Shown: piece after piece, positions 1 to 9,391 of the stretch
Position numbering within the stretch: position 1 is the stretch's first letter
Layout: each line of letters opens with the position of its first letter
Source of the DNA: Nanobdellota archaeon
GTDB taxonomy: Archaea > Nanobdellota > Nanobdellia > Woesearchaeales > GW2011-AR4
Length of the DNA: 64,000 nt
Direction of reading: 5' to 3'
Assembly: GCA_038046385.1 (NCBI GenBank)
Contig: JBBSWH010000009.1
Location: 1-64,000, forward strand
The notes under the pieces: model-generated
Seen by the model: the letters and a program-made list of their open reading frames with translations, nothing else
Database searches by the model: none
Told to the model about the DNA's origin: nothing
Translations under genes and position numbers: made by a program

Positions 1-135
1 GCGTATGATGGCAAGGGGTTTGCAATCCTGGGGTTGATTATCAGCACTCTTATCTTAATATTTACCTTTACAGGATTCGGGATGTGCCTTTCCGGAAACA
101 TGGAAATATGCACTGCCATGGGGCTGCGTTTTTGA
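1..135 (+). CDS. 3' end of a membrane protein (DUF4190-like), partial
   Basis: Frame 1 reads AYDGKGFAILGLIISTLILIFTFTGFGMCLSGNMEICTAMGLRF* with a GKGxAIxGLI hydrophobic helix; open to the window edge. Confidence 0.55.
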   Translation, partial: AYDGKGFAILGLIISTLILIFTFTGFGMCLSGNMEICTAMGLRF

Positions 136-201
136 TTTTTATTGCCGTCTAGCACATAGAAACTTTTAAATAGGTTCTTGGCTTTTTTAACTGGGTTTTT
201 G

Positions 202-1452
202 ATGCAAATGAAAGAAGCGATAATGTTGTTCTCAAGCGGGCTATTTGGAATACTTTTTCTTTTTCTTATTTTCATATTTTCCATATTTATCATATCCAGG
301 TTTATCAAAAGAAAATACCCTGATTTTGAGCCGAATGTAAGTGTGATTGTTCCTGCTTACAATGAGCAGGCTAACATAAAAGAGTGCATAGATTCAATTT
401 ATTCTCTTGACTATCCTAAAAACAAAATTGAAGTTATAGTTGTTGATGACGGCTCAACTGACAGGACTCTCGAAATAGTAAAAAAATACGGAAAAGTGAG
501 GATACTTACTCAAAATCACCTTGGAAAGGTTGAAGCACTTAACCTAGGATGCGCAAAGGCAAAGCATGATTTTGTGCTCACAATAGATGCAGACACTTCA
601 ATAGACAGGAAGCTGCTAAAGGAGATGATAGCCCCGTTTTCAATCCCAAAGATAGGCGCAACTTCAGGAAACAATGTGGTCAAAAACAAAGAGTCCATTA
701 TTTCGGCTTTCCAGAATGTTGAGTACCATTTCAGCAACCTCATAAGAAACAGCTTCTCAACAGTTTTCAACAACGGAATATGGTTTTCAGGATCATTGGC
801 ATGCTATAGAAAATCCTCTTTGCAGAAAATAAAATACTTCAAGAAAGACACGATGGCTGAAGACCAGGATGTGTCGCTTGAATTAAGGAAATCAGGGTAC
901 ATATCACTTAATGTCCCAAATGCATTTGGGCATACAATTGTTCCTTCAAGCATAAAATCCCTCTACAAACAGAGAAAAAGATGGTGGATAGGGACTTTGC
1001 AGGCAATAGTCAAAAACAAAAGCCTTTTTTCAAGGAAATCGTCGCCTTCCATACTTTTTCTTTACATCAACCAGTTTTGGTGGTCATTTTATGCATTTTT
1101 GTCATTGCCGCTTATAATCTACCAGATTAATTACTGGCTGCCTTATAACTCACAAAATGCCATAAGCATTGGAAAATATTTTTTCCTCTGGTTCAGCATG
1201 ATGGGGCCAATATATGTGATTTACAGAATACCGGAGTTTGGGATATCAATATACAGCATCTTTGGGGTGCTTTCCGGCATAATTACAACAATACTCAGCA
1301 TATCTGCGCTTAGGATATACAAAGACAGGGTAAGCATAAGGAACATTTTTGCAATATTCTTTTATTTTCCATATACAATAGTTTTAAATATAATCATTTT
1401 AGTCAGTCTATTAAGGCACAAATTTTGGGCCAAAAGCTTTTACATAAAATGA
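202..1452 (+). CDS. Processive GT2 glycosyltransferase (cellulose synthase/PgaC-like)
   Basis: VIVPAYNE, VVDDGS, DAD, AED and QRKRW motifs; TM helices at both ends; ATG at 202/208 preferred over TTG 178. Confidence 0.9.
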   Translation: MQMKEAIMLFSSGLFGILFLFLIFIFSIFIISRFIKRKYPDFEPNVSVIVPAYNEQANIKECIDSIYSLDYPKNKIEVIVVDDGSTDRTLEIVKKYGKVRILTQNHLGKVEALNLGCAKAKHDFVLTIDADTSIDRKLLKEMIAPFSIPKIGATSGNNVVKNKESIISAFQNVEYHFSNLIRNSFSTVFNNGIWFSGSLACYRKSSLQKIKYFKKDTMAEDQDVSLELRKSGYISLNVPNAFGHTIVPSSIKSLYKQRKRWWIGTLQAIVKNKSLFSRKSSPSILFLYINQFWWSFYAFLSLPLIIYQINYWLPYNSQNAISIGKYFFLWFSMMGPIYVIYRIPEFGISIYSIFGVLSGIITTILSISALRIYKDRVSIRNIFAIFFYFPYTIVLNIIILVSLLRHKFWAKSFYIK

Positions 1453-1459
1453 AGATAAA

Positions 1460-2815
1460 ATGAGCATCATTGACTTTTTAATAAACCTAAATAATGAATA
1501 CTCCGGTGAAATTGTAAGCTTTTTTACATGGTATAATTCCATGGGCAGAAAAGTGCTTGATTTTCTTTATACTGTATTTAACAGCGCATTTAATGTTCTT
1601 TTGGCTATTGCAGTCATTGTCTCTGCGCTTTACATTGTGATGACCGTTTACACCGTTATAAGAAAAAAGAATGAAAAAAATCTCACAGTTAATGAAGAAA
1701 AATTGCCATTCGTCACAGTACAAATACCGACATTCAATGAACTTGCGGCAATAAGATGCGCAAAGGCATGTATGGAGTTTGACTATCCAAAGGATAAATA
1801 TGAGATAATCATAGGAGATGACAGCAATAAAGCAGAAATATCCAGAAAAATCAAAGAATTTGCAAGCCACCACAGCATGATAAAGGTGACTAAGAGAGAG
1901 AGCAACTATGGCTACAAGCCGGGAAACCTTAACAATATGCTAAAACACTCAAAAGGAGAGTTTCTTGTCATATTCGACTCTGATTTTATCCCTGAACAGG
2001 ATTTCCTCAAAAAAATAATAAGCCCATTTTCAGATGACAAAAAATTAGCAGCAGTCCAGGCAAGGTGGAAAATAATAAACTCAAACCAGAATATCATAAC
2101 CTCTCTTGGATCAACTATACTTTCTGTTTATCATCATATCTCAATTCCATTCGTTTACGGAAACAGGAGAATAGTCTTTCTTTGCGGCTCAGCAGAGGCT
2201 GTCAGAAAAGACATACTTATCAAGCTTGGCGGCTGGGACGATGGCAACCTTACAGAAGACATTGAATTTTCCTTAAGGCTTCTTGAAAGAGGATATAAAA
2301 TAAAATATTTAGAAAACCTTGAATGCGATTGTGAAGTCCCATATACTCTTAAGGACCTCTACAGGCAGCAGATGAGGTGGGCATATGGAGTTATACATTC
2401 ATCAAAAAAACATTTCAGAAGCATAATTGCAAGCAAACACATCGATTTTAAAGACAAATTCTGCATTTACGGGCTTTACAATACAGGGGGATACCTGCTT
2501 TCTGTACTTCTTGCCGGGCTGTTCATAACAGGAACATTAAGTTTCATAACCCACCCGCCAGCACCGGTGCAGTGGGGGATGTTTTTCAAGGATTTGCTAA
2601 GAAACATTCTTCTTACCAGCGGACTGCTGATAGCAAGCATTGTCGCATTGTTCAAAGCAAAGAAATCAAACCTTACATTCAAGATGCTTGCTTCATCATT
2701 TAGCTACGGCCTTGTTGTAACTTATTACGTCAATGTAGGCATTTTCAAGGCAATAGCAAAAATACCAATGCAGTGGTATATGCTCAATAAGAAGGGCAAC
2801 AAGATAGCTGAATAG
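1460..2815 (+). CDS. Processive GT2 glycosyltransferase (cellulose synthase-like)
   Basis: VQIPTFNE, DDS, GYKPGNLN, DSD, TED and QQMRW motifs; TM helices. Confidence 0.9.
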   Translation: MSIIDFLINLNNEYSGEIVSFFTWYNSMGRKVLDFLYTVFNSAFNVLLAIAVIVSALYIVMTVYTVIRKKNEKNLTVNEEKLPFVTVQIPTFNELAAIRCAKACMEFDYPKDKYEIIIGDDSNKAEISRKIKEFASHHSMIKVTKRESNYGYKPGNLNNMLKHSKGEFLVIFDSDFIPEQDFLKKIISPFSDDKKLAAVQARWKIINSNQNIITSLGSTILSVYHHISIPFVYGNRRIVFLCGSAEAVRKDILIKLGGWDDGNLTEDIEFSLRLLERGYKIKYLENLECDCEVPYTLKDLYRQQMRWAYGVIHSSKKHFRSIIASKHIDFKDKFCIYGLYNTGGYLLSVLLAGLFITGTLSFITHPPAPVQWGMFFKDLLRNILLTSGLLIASIVALFKAKKSNLTFKMLASSFSYGLVVTYYVNVGIFKAIAKIPMQWYMLNKKGNKIAE

Positions 2816-2831
2816 ATTTAACATTCTGCTT

Positions 2832-4202
2832 ATGTTTTCCAAAAAAGCAATTAAGGATCATAAATGGATTGCCATCATAATTTTGGCATTTCTGGCGCTA
2901 AAAATAGCGACTTTGCACCTATACAGGGAGACTTGGTGGGACCCTGCGGTTTACATAGGGATGGGCAAATATATTTTTTCACTCGGCTCTGCAGGATTCT
3001 GGGAAGATGCAAGGCCGATTGCGTGGCCAATAATGCTCGGGTTTTTGTGGAAAATCGGGCTGAATACAGCACTTTTTGGAAGAATTATTGATGTTATTTT
3101 TGGAGCACTTGCCGTATATTTGACTTACAGGATTGGGGATAAAATATTTGGCAGAAGAACAGCTTTGATTGCATCTGTTTTCATGGCATTCTCTCCGACA
3201 TTCTTCTTTTTTACAGGAATAATGATAACAGAAACAGTATCCACATTTTTTACATTACTTGCAGTTTATTTTATTATTACAAAAAAGAGCCTCCTTTCTG
3301 GATTGTTTTTTGGGATAGCATTCATGACGAGATTCCTGCAGATATTTGCATTTATTGCTGCGGTATCTTACATATTAGCACAAAAAAATAGAAATAAAAC
3401 ACTTCCAAAATTATTTTTAGGATTTTTAATTGGAATCATTCCATATCTTGCGCTTAACGCGTTTCTTTACTCAAATTCTTTTTACCCTTTTGTTTATCAC
3501 GTTGACCTTACGAAGAACAGCGGATGGGATAACTATCATAATATTGATTTTTACTTCAATTCTTTATTCAAGGAAAATATTTTCTACTTCCTTTCGGCTA
3601 TTGGATTATTTTTTTCTTTCAAAAATAAGGATAAAAAAAGATTAATTGCCATGCCATTAATTATTTTTTTCATATTTTTTATTTTAATAAAACAAAAAGA
3701 GATGAGATTTCTCATAATAATGATGCCTTACATGTACTTATTTTTATCGTCTTCATTGACTAGGATATCCAACATCAAAAATTCAAAAACATTACTTATA
3801 TTTTTGATGATAATGACAATTATAATTTCCTTTGACACTACACTGAATTATTACAAATCAGAATCTTCAAGAATCAATCAGTATACTCAATTGCAGGAAT
3901 CATACAATGAGGCAAAAGGAAATTTATGGATATCGAGCCCAATGATTGCAGTATACAGCGACAATAAGGCGTCCAATTTAATTTATTATCCGTACTTTGA
4001 TGATTTTAAAAAAGAAGAATTAAAAAATGGAATAAACAATGCGGACTACATATTTATCGATTCATGCGATATAGGATGCAGGCCAAATGACAACGAATGC
4101 GAATCTAAAAAAGAAGAGCTTTGGAATTATTTTGCATCGAGGATGAAAACAATGTACTCGTCAAAACACGATAAATGCTCCCAGTATATATTTAAGAAAT
4201 GA
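2832..4202 (+). CDS. GT-C fold (PMT/ArnT-like) membrane glycosyltransferase
   Basis: Polytopic; WWD after TM1, RP motif, KEMRF loop, soluble C-terminal domain. Confidence 0.8.
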   Translation: MFSKKAIKDHKWIAIIILAFLALKIATLHLYRETWWDPAVYIGMGKYIFSLGSAGFWEDARPIAWPIMLGFLWKIGLNTALFGRIIDVIFGALAVYLTYRIGDKIFGRRTALIASVFMAFSPTFFFFTGIMITETVSTFFTLLAVYFIITKKSLLSGLFFGIAFMTRFLQIFAFIAAVSYILAQKNRNKTLPKLFLGFLIGIIPYLALNAFLYSNSFYPFVYHVDLTKNSGWDNYHNIDFYFNSLFKENIFYFLSAIGLFFSFKNKDKKRLIAMPLIIFFIFFILIKQKEMRFLIIMMPYMYLFLSSSLTRISNIKNSKTLLIFLMIMTIIISFDTTLNYYKSESSRINQYTQLQESYNEAKGNLWISSPMIAVYSDNKASNLIYYPYFDDFKKEELKNGINNADYIFIDSCDIGCRPNDNECESKKEELWNYFASRMKTMYSSKHDKCSQYIFKK

Positions 4203-4688
4203 TTATTGCTTTTTTCTTACTTTAATGAAATCTCCCAATGTAAAGCCGCCTTCCTTTCCTTTTTTGATTTGCTCATGCTTTTCTTCATGCTGCCCAACAA
4301 GTTTTACTCCCAAAATCTTTTCAAGCTTTCTTGCAAGATCAATTGGGGGCTCCATATGGCCGGTTTCCATCTTATGGACTGTTGACTCTTTTTCATTTAT
4401 CCTGCTTGCAAAGTCCTTTTGCGTCATCCCAAGAGACTCGCGCTTATTTTTTATTATTAAAGAATAATCTTCAACTATCATCTCTATTTTTTCCTCTTTT
4501 TGCTCCTGCATAATGTGCCTGTGCATTACCTGCTTATGCTGCTCTTTAGGGCTTGGCCTGCTAACGGCTCGTATTACTTTCCCAAATTTTGAGCATGCAG
4601 AGCATACATCAATCTCAACACCTTCAACCAGGGTCCTTGCAAGGGTTTCCTCTGTTTTGCCGCACAAGTCGCAGTTTATTTTTATCAC
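4203..4688 (-). CDS. mbf1: Archaeal multiprotein bridging factor 1 (Zn ribbon + HTH)
   Basis: CDLCG...VCSAC zinc ribbon, RESLGMTQKDFA HTH, C-terminal TLGD motif; start at GTG 4688 or ATA 4679, not 4814. Confidence 0.9.
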   Translation of the reverse strand: MIKINCDLCGKTEETLARTLVEGVEIDVCSACSKFGKVIRAVSRPSPKEQHKQVMHRHIMQEQKEEKIEMIVEDYSLIIKNKRESLGMTQKDFASRINEKESTVHKMETGHMEPPIDLARKLEKILGVKLVGQHEEKHEQIKKGKEGGFTLGDFIKVRKKQ

Positions 4689-4743
4689 CAGTATTCTAAG
4701 CAATTTACTGAACATATTTAAATATATTGCACTTTGCCGTGAA

Positions 4744-5241
4744 ATGATGAAAACAATAGCAGTTACTGGAACGCCCGGAACCGGGAAAACAACCATATCA
4801 AAAAAACTTGCCAAAATAACTGGTTTTTGCTATATTGACGTAAATCAGCTAATAACAAAATATAAAATTTATGAAGGATACGATAAAAAAAGAAAAACAA
4901 AGCTAGTCGATACAAAAAAACTCAACCAAAGCCTTATCAAAGAAATAAATACAATAAAAAAATCAAAGAAATATGGGGGAATTATAATAGATTCCCACCT
5001 TTCACACTATCTTCCCAAAAAATACATTACTTTTTGCATTGTGGCCAAATGCAATATAAAAGAGCTTAGCAAAAGAATGAAGAAAAAAGGATTTCATAAA
5101 GAAAAAATCATCGAGAACCTGCAGGCAGAGATATTTGACATATGCCTTAATGAGGCAAAACGAATGAAGCAGAGGATTATAATCCTAGACACAGCAAAAA
5201 GCTTTAATATCAGAAGTTTAGCCAAGAAGCTGGGTGGTTAA
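4744..5241 (+). CDS. Adenylate kinase AK6/Fap7 family
   Basis: GTPGTGKTT P-loop, DSHL, ENLQAEIFD; ATG 4744/4747. Confidence 0.9.
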   Translation: MMKTIAVTGTPGTGKTTISKKLAKITGFCYIDVNQLITKYKIYEGYDKKRKTKLVDTKKLNQSLIKEINTIKKSKKYGGIIIDSHLSHYLPKKYITFCIVAKCNIKELSKRMKKKGFHKEKIIENLQAEIFDICLNEAKRMKQRIIILDTAKSFNIRSLAKKLGG

Positions 5242-6399
5242 ATGCTTTCAAAAAGAATAATGAACATAGCGCCAAGCGCAACTCTTGCAATAGATTCCAA
5301 GGCAAAGCAGATGAAGAAAGACGGAAAAGATGTCGTCATATTCGGCGCAGGAGAGCCGGATTTTAACACGCCGGAAAACATAAAGCAGGCTGCGATAAAA
5401 TCAATAGAAAATAATTTTACAAGATACACTCCTGTAAGCGGAATTCCAGAGCTAAAGAAAGCGGTTGCAGAGAAGCTCAAGAGGGATAATGGGCTTTCTT
5501 ATGATGCATCTGAAATACAAATAAGCTGCGGCGGCAAGCACTCACTTTACAATATCTGCATGGCTGTCTTGGAAGAAGGAGACGAGGCAATACTTCCTGT
5601 GCCATACTGGGTCAGCTATGACGAGATGATAAAATTAACTGGCGCAAAGACAGTATTCTGCAACACAGATGAAAAATTCAAACTGACATCGGCAATGGTT
5701 GAAGAAAAAATAACAAATAGAACAAAACTACTTATTCTGAACAGCCCAAGCAACCCGACTGGCGCCATAATAGAGCCAGAAGAAGTTGCTAGGATAGCAG
5801 AACTTGCGGTAAAGCATAAATTTTATGTTATATCTGACGAAGTTTATGAGCATTTTGTATACGGCAACAGGAAAAACGTGAGCATAGCTTCATTTGGAGA
5901 AGAGATAAAAAAACTTACAATAATATCCAATTCTGTTTCAAAGACATATGCAATGACCGGCTGGAGAATAGGGTATAGTGTCGGCGCTTTAAATATCATA
6001 AAGGCAATGGACAATTTCCAGGGGCACTCGACTTCCAATCCTTCCAATCCAGCGCAGATGGCCGCGCTTGAGGCATTAAGCGGACCGCAGGATTCTGTTA
6101 AACTAATGGTCCAGGCATTTGATGAAAGGAGGAAGTTCATACACAAAAGACTAAATGAAATTCCAGGAATATCATGTGTGGAGCCGGAAGGCGCATTTTA
6201 CGCATTCCCAGATATAAGCGGAACAGGAATGAAATCAATGGAATTCTCATCAAAACTGCTTGATGAAGCGCTTGTGGCTGTTGTCCCGGGAATTGCATTT
6301 GGCTCAGATAATCATGTAAGGTTAAGCTACGCAACCTCATTAAAAGAAATTGAGAGGGGGCTTGACAGGATTGAGAAGTGGGTCAAGCAGAAAACATAG
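5242..6399 (+). CDS. aspC: Aspartate aminotransferase (class I/II PLP)
   Basis: GEPDF, NSPSNPTG, DEVY, SKTYAMTGWRIG. Confidence 0.92.
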   Translation: MLSKRIMNIAPSATLAIDSKAKQMKKDGKDVVIFGAGEPDFNTPENIKQAAIKSIENNFTRYTPVSGIPELKKAVAEKLKRDNGLSYDASEIQISCGGKHSLYNICMAVLEEGDEAILPVPYWVSYDEMIKLTGAKTVFCNTDEKFKLTSAMVEEKITNRTKLLILNSPSNPTGAIIEPEEVARIAELAVKHKFYVISDEVYEHFVYGNRKNVSIASFGEEIKKLTIISNSVSKTYAMTGWRIGYSVGALNIIKAMDNFQGHSTSNPSNPAQMAALEALSGPQDSVKLMVQAFDERRKFIHKRLNEIPGISCVEPEGAFYAFPDISGTGMKSMEFSSKLLDEALVAVVPGIAFGSDNHVRLSYATSLKEIERGLDRIEKWVKQKT

Positions 6400-6430
6400 G
6401 AATAAATACTCTTAAATAATTAGAACCCAA

Positions 6431-7273
6431 ATGAACAGGAGAGATTCTCTAAGACTCTTAGCTGCATTACCCTTTCTCGATTTGGAATCTTTGGCATCTT
6501 CATTTTTAGAAAGAAGAAGCGCAAGGATACTTATAAATCCAGGACACAACAAAGATTCCAATAATTCAAAAAAACTGCGTTTTCTTCCGGATGTTGGGTA
6601 TGAATACGACATAAACACCCAAATTGCCCAAAAATTACAGCAGGAATTAAAACACGCTTCACCCAGTGGGCTTGAAGTAATCTTATCAAGAAACAAGACA
6701 GATTACATTGATCAATTTCAGTTATACTTTTCACAGCATAAATCGGACTTTGAAGATGAAGTAAGAAACTACAGAATATCTCACAAAGGCCATACAGACA
6801 TATCTCTGCAGGAAGCAGCTTTGCAGCTGGCTTTGATTAGGTGGGCAGAAACAAATGCAGATTTGGTTGTTAATGTTCATATCAATTTTTACAGCGAGAA
6901 AGACAAGCTAAGGCGTGCGTCTGGATTTTCTGTAGTATTCAGCGACATTAGCCAGTATCCAAAAGAAAATGAGGGCATTGCACTAAGAATCCACAAATCA
7001 TTGGAAGGGAGTTTTGCTCCAAGCAATAGCAAATGGGAAAGGTTAACCATTAATGACGGAACTTCCAGCAGGACAGTGCCTGGGCTTATGATGAAGCACC
7101 TTGTGATGATAGGTTCAGAACTCCATACTGTGCAAATACCTTCAGTAATCGTAGAATGCGGGTATCTTGGGCAGAAGTACGAAGGCAGAAAGACCATTGC
7201 AGATGAATGGGTACAAAGAAGATATGCAGGGCAGATTGCCAAAGGAGTTCTTGATTATTTAAGCCATCACTAA
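6431..7273 (+). CDS. N-acetylmuramoyl-L-alanine amidase (Amidase_3) with twin-arginine leader
   Basis: ILINPGH, EYDIN, NVHIN, VIVECGYL (H-E-H Zn ligands and catalytic E); N-terminal MNRRDSLRLL. Confidence 0.8.
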   Translation: MNRRDSLRLLAALPFLDLESLASSFLERRSARILINPGHNKDSNNSKKLRFLPDVGYEYDINTQIAQKLQQELKHASPSGLEVILSRNKTDYIDQFQLYFSQHKSDFEDEVRNYRISHKGHTDISLQEAALQLALIRWAETNADLVVNVHINFYSEKDKLRRASGFSVVFSDISQYPKENEGIALRIHKSLEGSFAPSNSKWERLTINDGTSSRTVPGLMMKHLVMIGSELHTVQIPSVIVECGYLGQKYEGRKTIADEWVQRRYAGQIAKGVLDYLSHH

Positions 7274-7319
7274 TACTCTCATTACAAAAATTTAAAAACA
7301 GCATTGAGATTGTATATAT

Positions 7320-7685
7320 ATGAAAATAAAAATATTCTTCGGACACCATGAGATAGAAGCCGTTCTTGACAAAACTCCTACAGCAAAGGCAATATACGAA
7401 GCGCTTCCATTTGACGGAGCGGCAAGCAGATGGGGAGATGAAATATATTTTCCAATACCTGTAAGCTTAAAAGCAGAAAAAAGCGCGACAGAAAATGTTA
7501 AAGAAGGGGATGTAGCATATTGGCCGGAAGGCCATTGCTTCTGCGTATTCTTCGGCAAAACACCGGCTTCAACAGAAAACCAGATAAGGGCAGCATCAAA
7601 AGTCAATGTAGTCGGAAAAATAAAAGAAACTTCAATGTTTCATGAGATAAAAGACGGCGATTTAATAATAGTTGAGCAGGCATGA
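7320..7685 (+). CDS. Cyclophilin-like fold protein (DUF369/TM1367 family)
   Basis: RWGDEIYF, GDVAYWPEG, FFGKTP. Confidence 0.85.
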   Translation: MKIKIFFGHHEIEAVLDKTPTAKAIYEALPFDGAASRWGDEIYFPIPVSLKAEKSATENVKEGDVAYWPEGHCFCVFFGKTPASTENQIRAASKVNVVGKIKETSMFHEIKDGDLIIVEQA

Positions 7686-8785
7686 AAAAACAATTATCGT
7701 CTGTAGATTTGCATTTTATTGCAGAAGAGCTGAAAGCTTTAGAGGGATCAAGAGTTGATAAGATATATCACCCCGAAAAAGATCTCCTGATATTCAGCCT
7801 GCGCAAGCCAAATGAAGGAAAAAAGCTGGTTAATATCACAATCGGCACTTCTATGTATATTGTTCAGGACAAGGAGACGGCAGAAGCAATACTCGGATTC
7901 GGGCAGCTTCTGAGGAAACACATTGACGGATGGTTTCTTTATGAAATAAGCCAGATTGAGCCTGAAAGAATTGTAAAACTGTCTTTCAGCATGAAGGGTG
8001 AGAAAAAACACCTTTACATAGAGTTTTTCGGCGGTGGAAATGCAATACTCTGCGATGATAAAAACACAATAATCAATGCAATTGAACATCACGAATTCAA
8101 GGACAGGTCAATAAAGCCAAAGAATGAGTACAAGCACCCATCGATGAAATGCAATATGTTCAGCATGAGTTCAAAAGACATGTCGGAATTGTTTGCCAAT
8201 TCTAAGAAAGATTATATTGTAACCTGCCTCGCAATAGAACTCGGGTTAGGTGGGGTTTATTCAGAAGAAGTGTGCACTCTTGCAGAAATTGACAAAAAAA
8301 CAAGCCCAAAAGAGATTAAAGATGTAAAACCAATTTACAATTCAATCAAAAAAATTATAGAGTCAAAACTGAAGCCCATTGTAGTATATGAAAATGGGAA
8401 TGTTATTGACGCTGTCCCATTTCAGGTTAAAATATACAATGGCAAGGAAACCAAACAATTTGAAACGTTCAGCTCCGCGCTTGAGTTTTTTTATTCAAAC
8501 TTTAAGGAAGTAAAGGAGAATGAGCATGACAAAGCGCTGGGCAGGCTTAATAGGATAATAGAAGAGCAAAAAACATCGCTGGAGTCGCTTAAGTCAGAAG
8601 AAAAAGAAGCAAGGGAGAAAGCAGAGGGCATATACCACAAATATGCCGTGATTAATGAGATACTTGAAGAGCTGAACAAAGCTTCAAAAAAGCATACATG
8701 GAAAGAAATCAAAGAGAAGCTGAAAGGGCACAAGACTATCTTAGAAATCAACGAGAAAGAAAGGAAAGCCGTTATTGAGATATAG
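7682..8785 (+). CDS. Rqc2/RqcH (NFACT-N, HhH, coiled coil), lacking C-terminal domains
   Basis: LSSVDL, RVDKIY, LRKHI, ERIV, EFFGGGNAIL, GLGGVYSEE. Confidence 0.8.
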   Translation: MKKQLSSVDLHFIAEELKALEGSRVDKIYHPEKDLLIFSLRKPNEGKKLVNITIGTSMYIVQDKETAEAILGFGQLLRKHIDGWFLYEISQIEPERIVKLSFSMKGEKKHLYIEFFGGGNAILCDDKNTIINAIEHHEFKDRSIKPKNEYKHPSMKCNMFSMSSKDMSELFANSKKDYIVTCLAIELGLGGVYSEEVCTLAEIDKKTSPKEIKDVKPIYNSIKKIIESKLKPIVVYENGNVIDAVPFQVKIYNGKETKQFETFSSALEFFYSNFKEVKENEHDKALGRLNRIIEEQKTSLESLKSEEKEAREKAEGIYHKYAVINEILEELNKASKKHTWKEIKEKLKGHKTILEINEKERKAVIEI

Positions 8786-8859
8786 AATAGAAATCTTTAT
8801 ATAGCTGGATTTTCAGAGCATTTCAATCAAATCAAATCAGTAAACTAAAAGGTGATAAA

Positions 8860-8991
8860 ATGAAGATTTTCAAGAGCAAGAAAGGAATTGTAACGCATCC
8901 GGTATCGTTGTTTATTTTCGGAATTATACTAGGACTTGTGCTTGCATACCTTTGGATAAAATATGTAAATGTGCCAAACCCATTCTGTTAA
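8860..8991 (+). CDS. 43-aa membrane peptide with class III signal-like N-terminus (absent from the ORF track)
   Basis: TATA-like box at ~8795, GGTGA RBS at 8851; MKIFKSKKG-IVTHPVSLFIFGIILGLVLAYLWIKYVNVPNPFC*. Confidence 0.7.
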   Translation: MKIFKSKKGIVTHPVSLFIFGIILGLVLAYLWIKYVNVPNPFC

Positions 8992-9000
8992 TTTTTTATT

Positions 9001-9363
9001 TTACAATTCCATTGCAAAAGTGGCCATGGCAAGAAATATCCCTTCTATAACTAGCACTATTTTGTAAATTACGTCTCCGATCCACGAGAACGATGCCCAT
9101 GTTCCAAACGCTCCAAGGTCGTTCAAGACAGGGAGAAATGAAATTAACAATATCACTAATCCTGCTATAAGGCTCACAGTCCCCATCACATTGCTGTTTG
9201 TTATCTCGACAATTGAAGCGTAAAGAAGAATGAATCCCGCTATTGCAGCAATCCAGAGCATCAATGCTCTTGGAAGGTCAAACATTCCCATCAAAGACAG
9301 CACTCCAAGAGCGCCGATTGCCACGCCGATAAGTCCGATAATCCAATCACGGGCCTGCATCAT
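9001..9363 (-). CDS. Hypothetical 4-TM membrane protein
   Basis: Four hydrophobic segments; GAGGT RBS upstream. Confidence 0.75.
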   Translation of the reverse strand: MMQARDWIIGLIGVAIGALGVLSLMGMFDLPRALMLWIAAIAGFILLYASIVEITNSNVMGTVSLIAGLVILLISFLPVLNDLGAFGTWASFSWIGDVIYKIVLVIEGIFLAMATFAMEL

Positions 9364-9391
9364 TTTTATAACCTCTTTTTTAAAGAATTAT

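Noticed and set aside
4513-4814. Overlapping N-terminal extensions of mbf1 and the adenylate kinase
   Set aside because: ORF-caller artefacts; family motifs begin at about 4679-4688 (-) and 4744 (+), around a shared TATA-like segment
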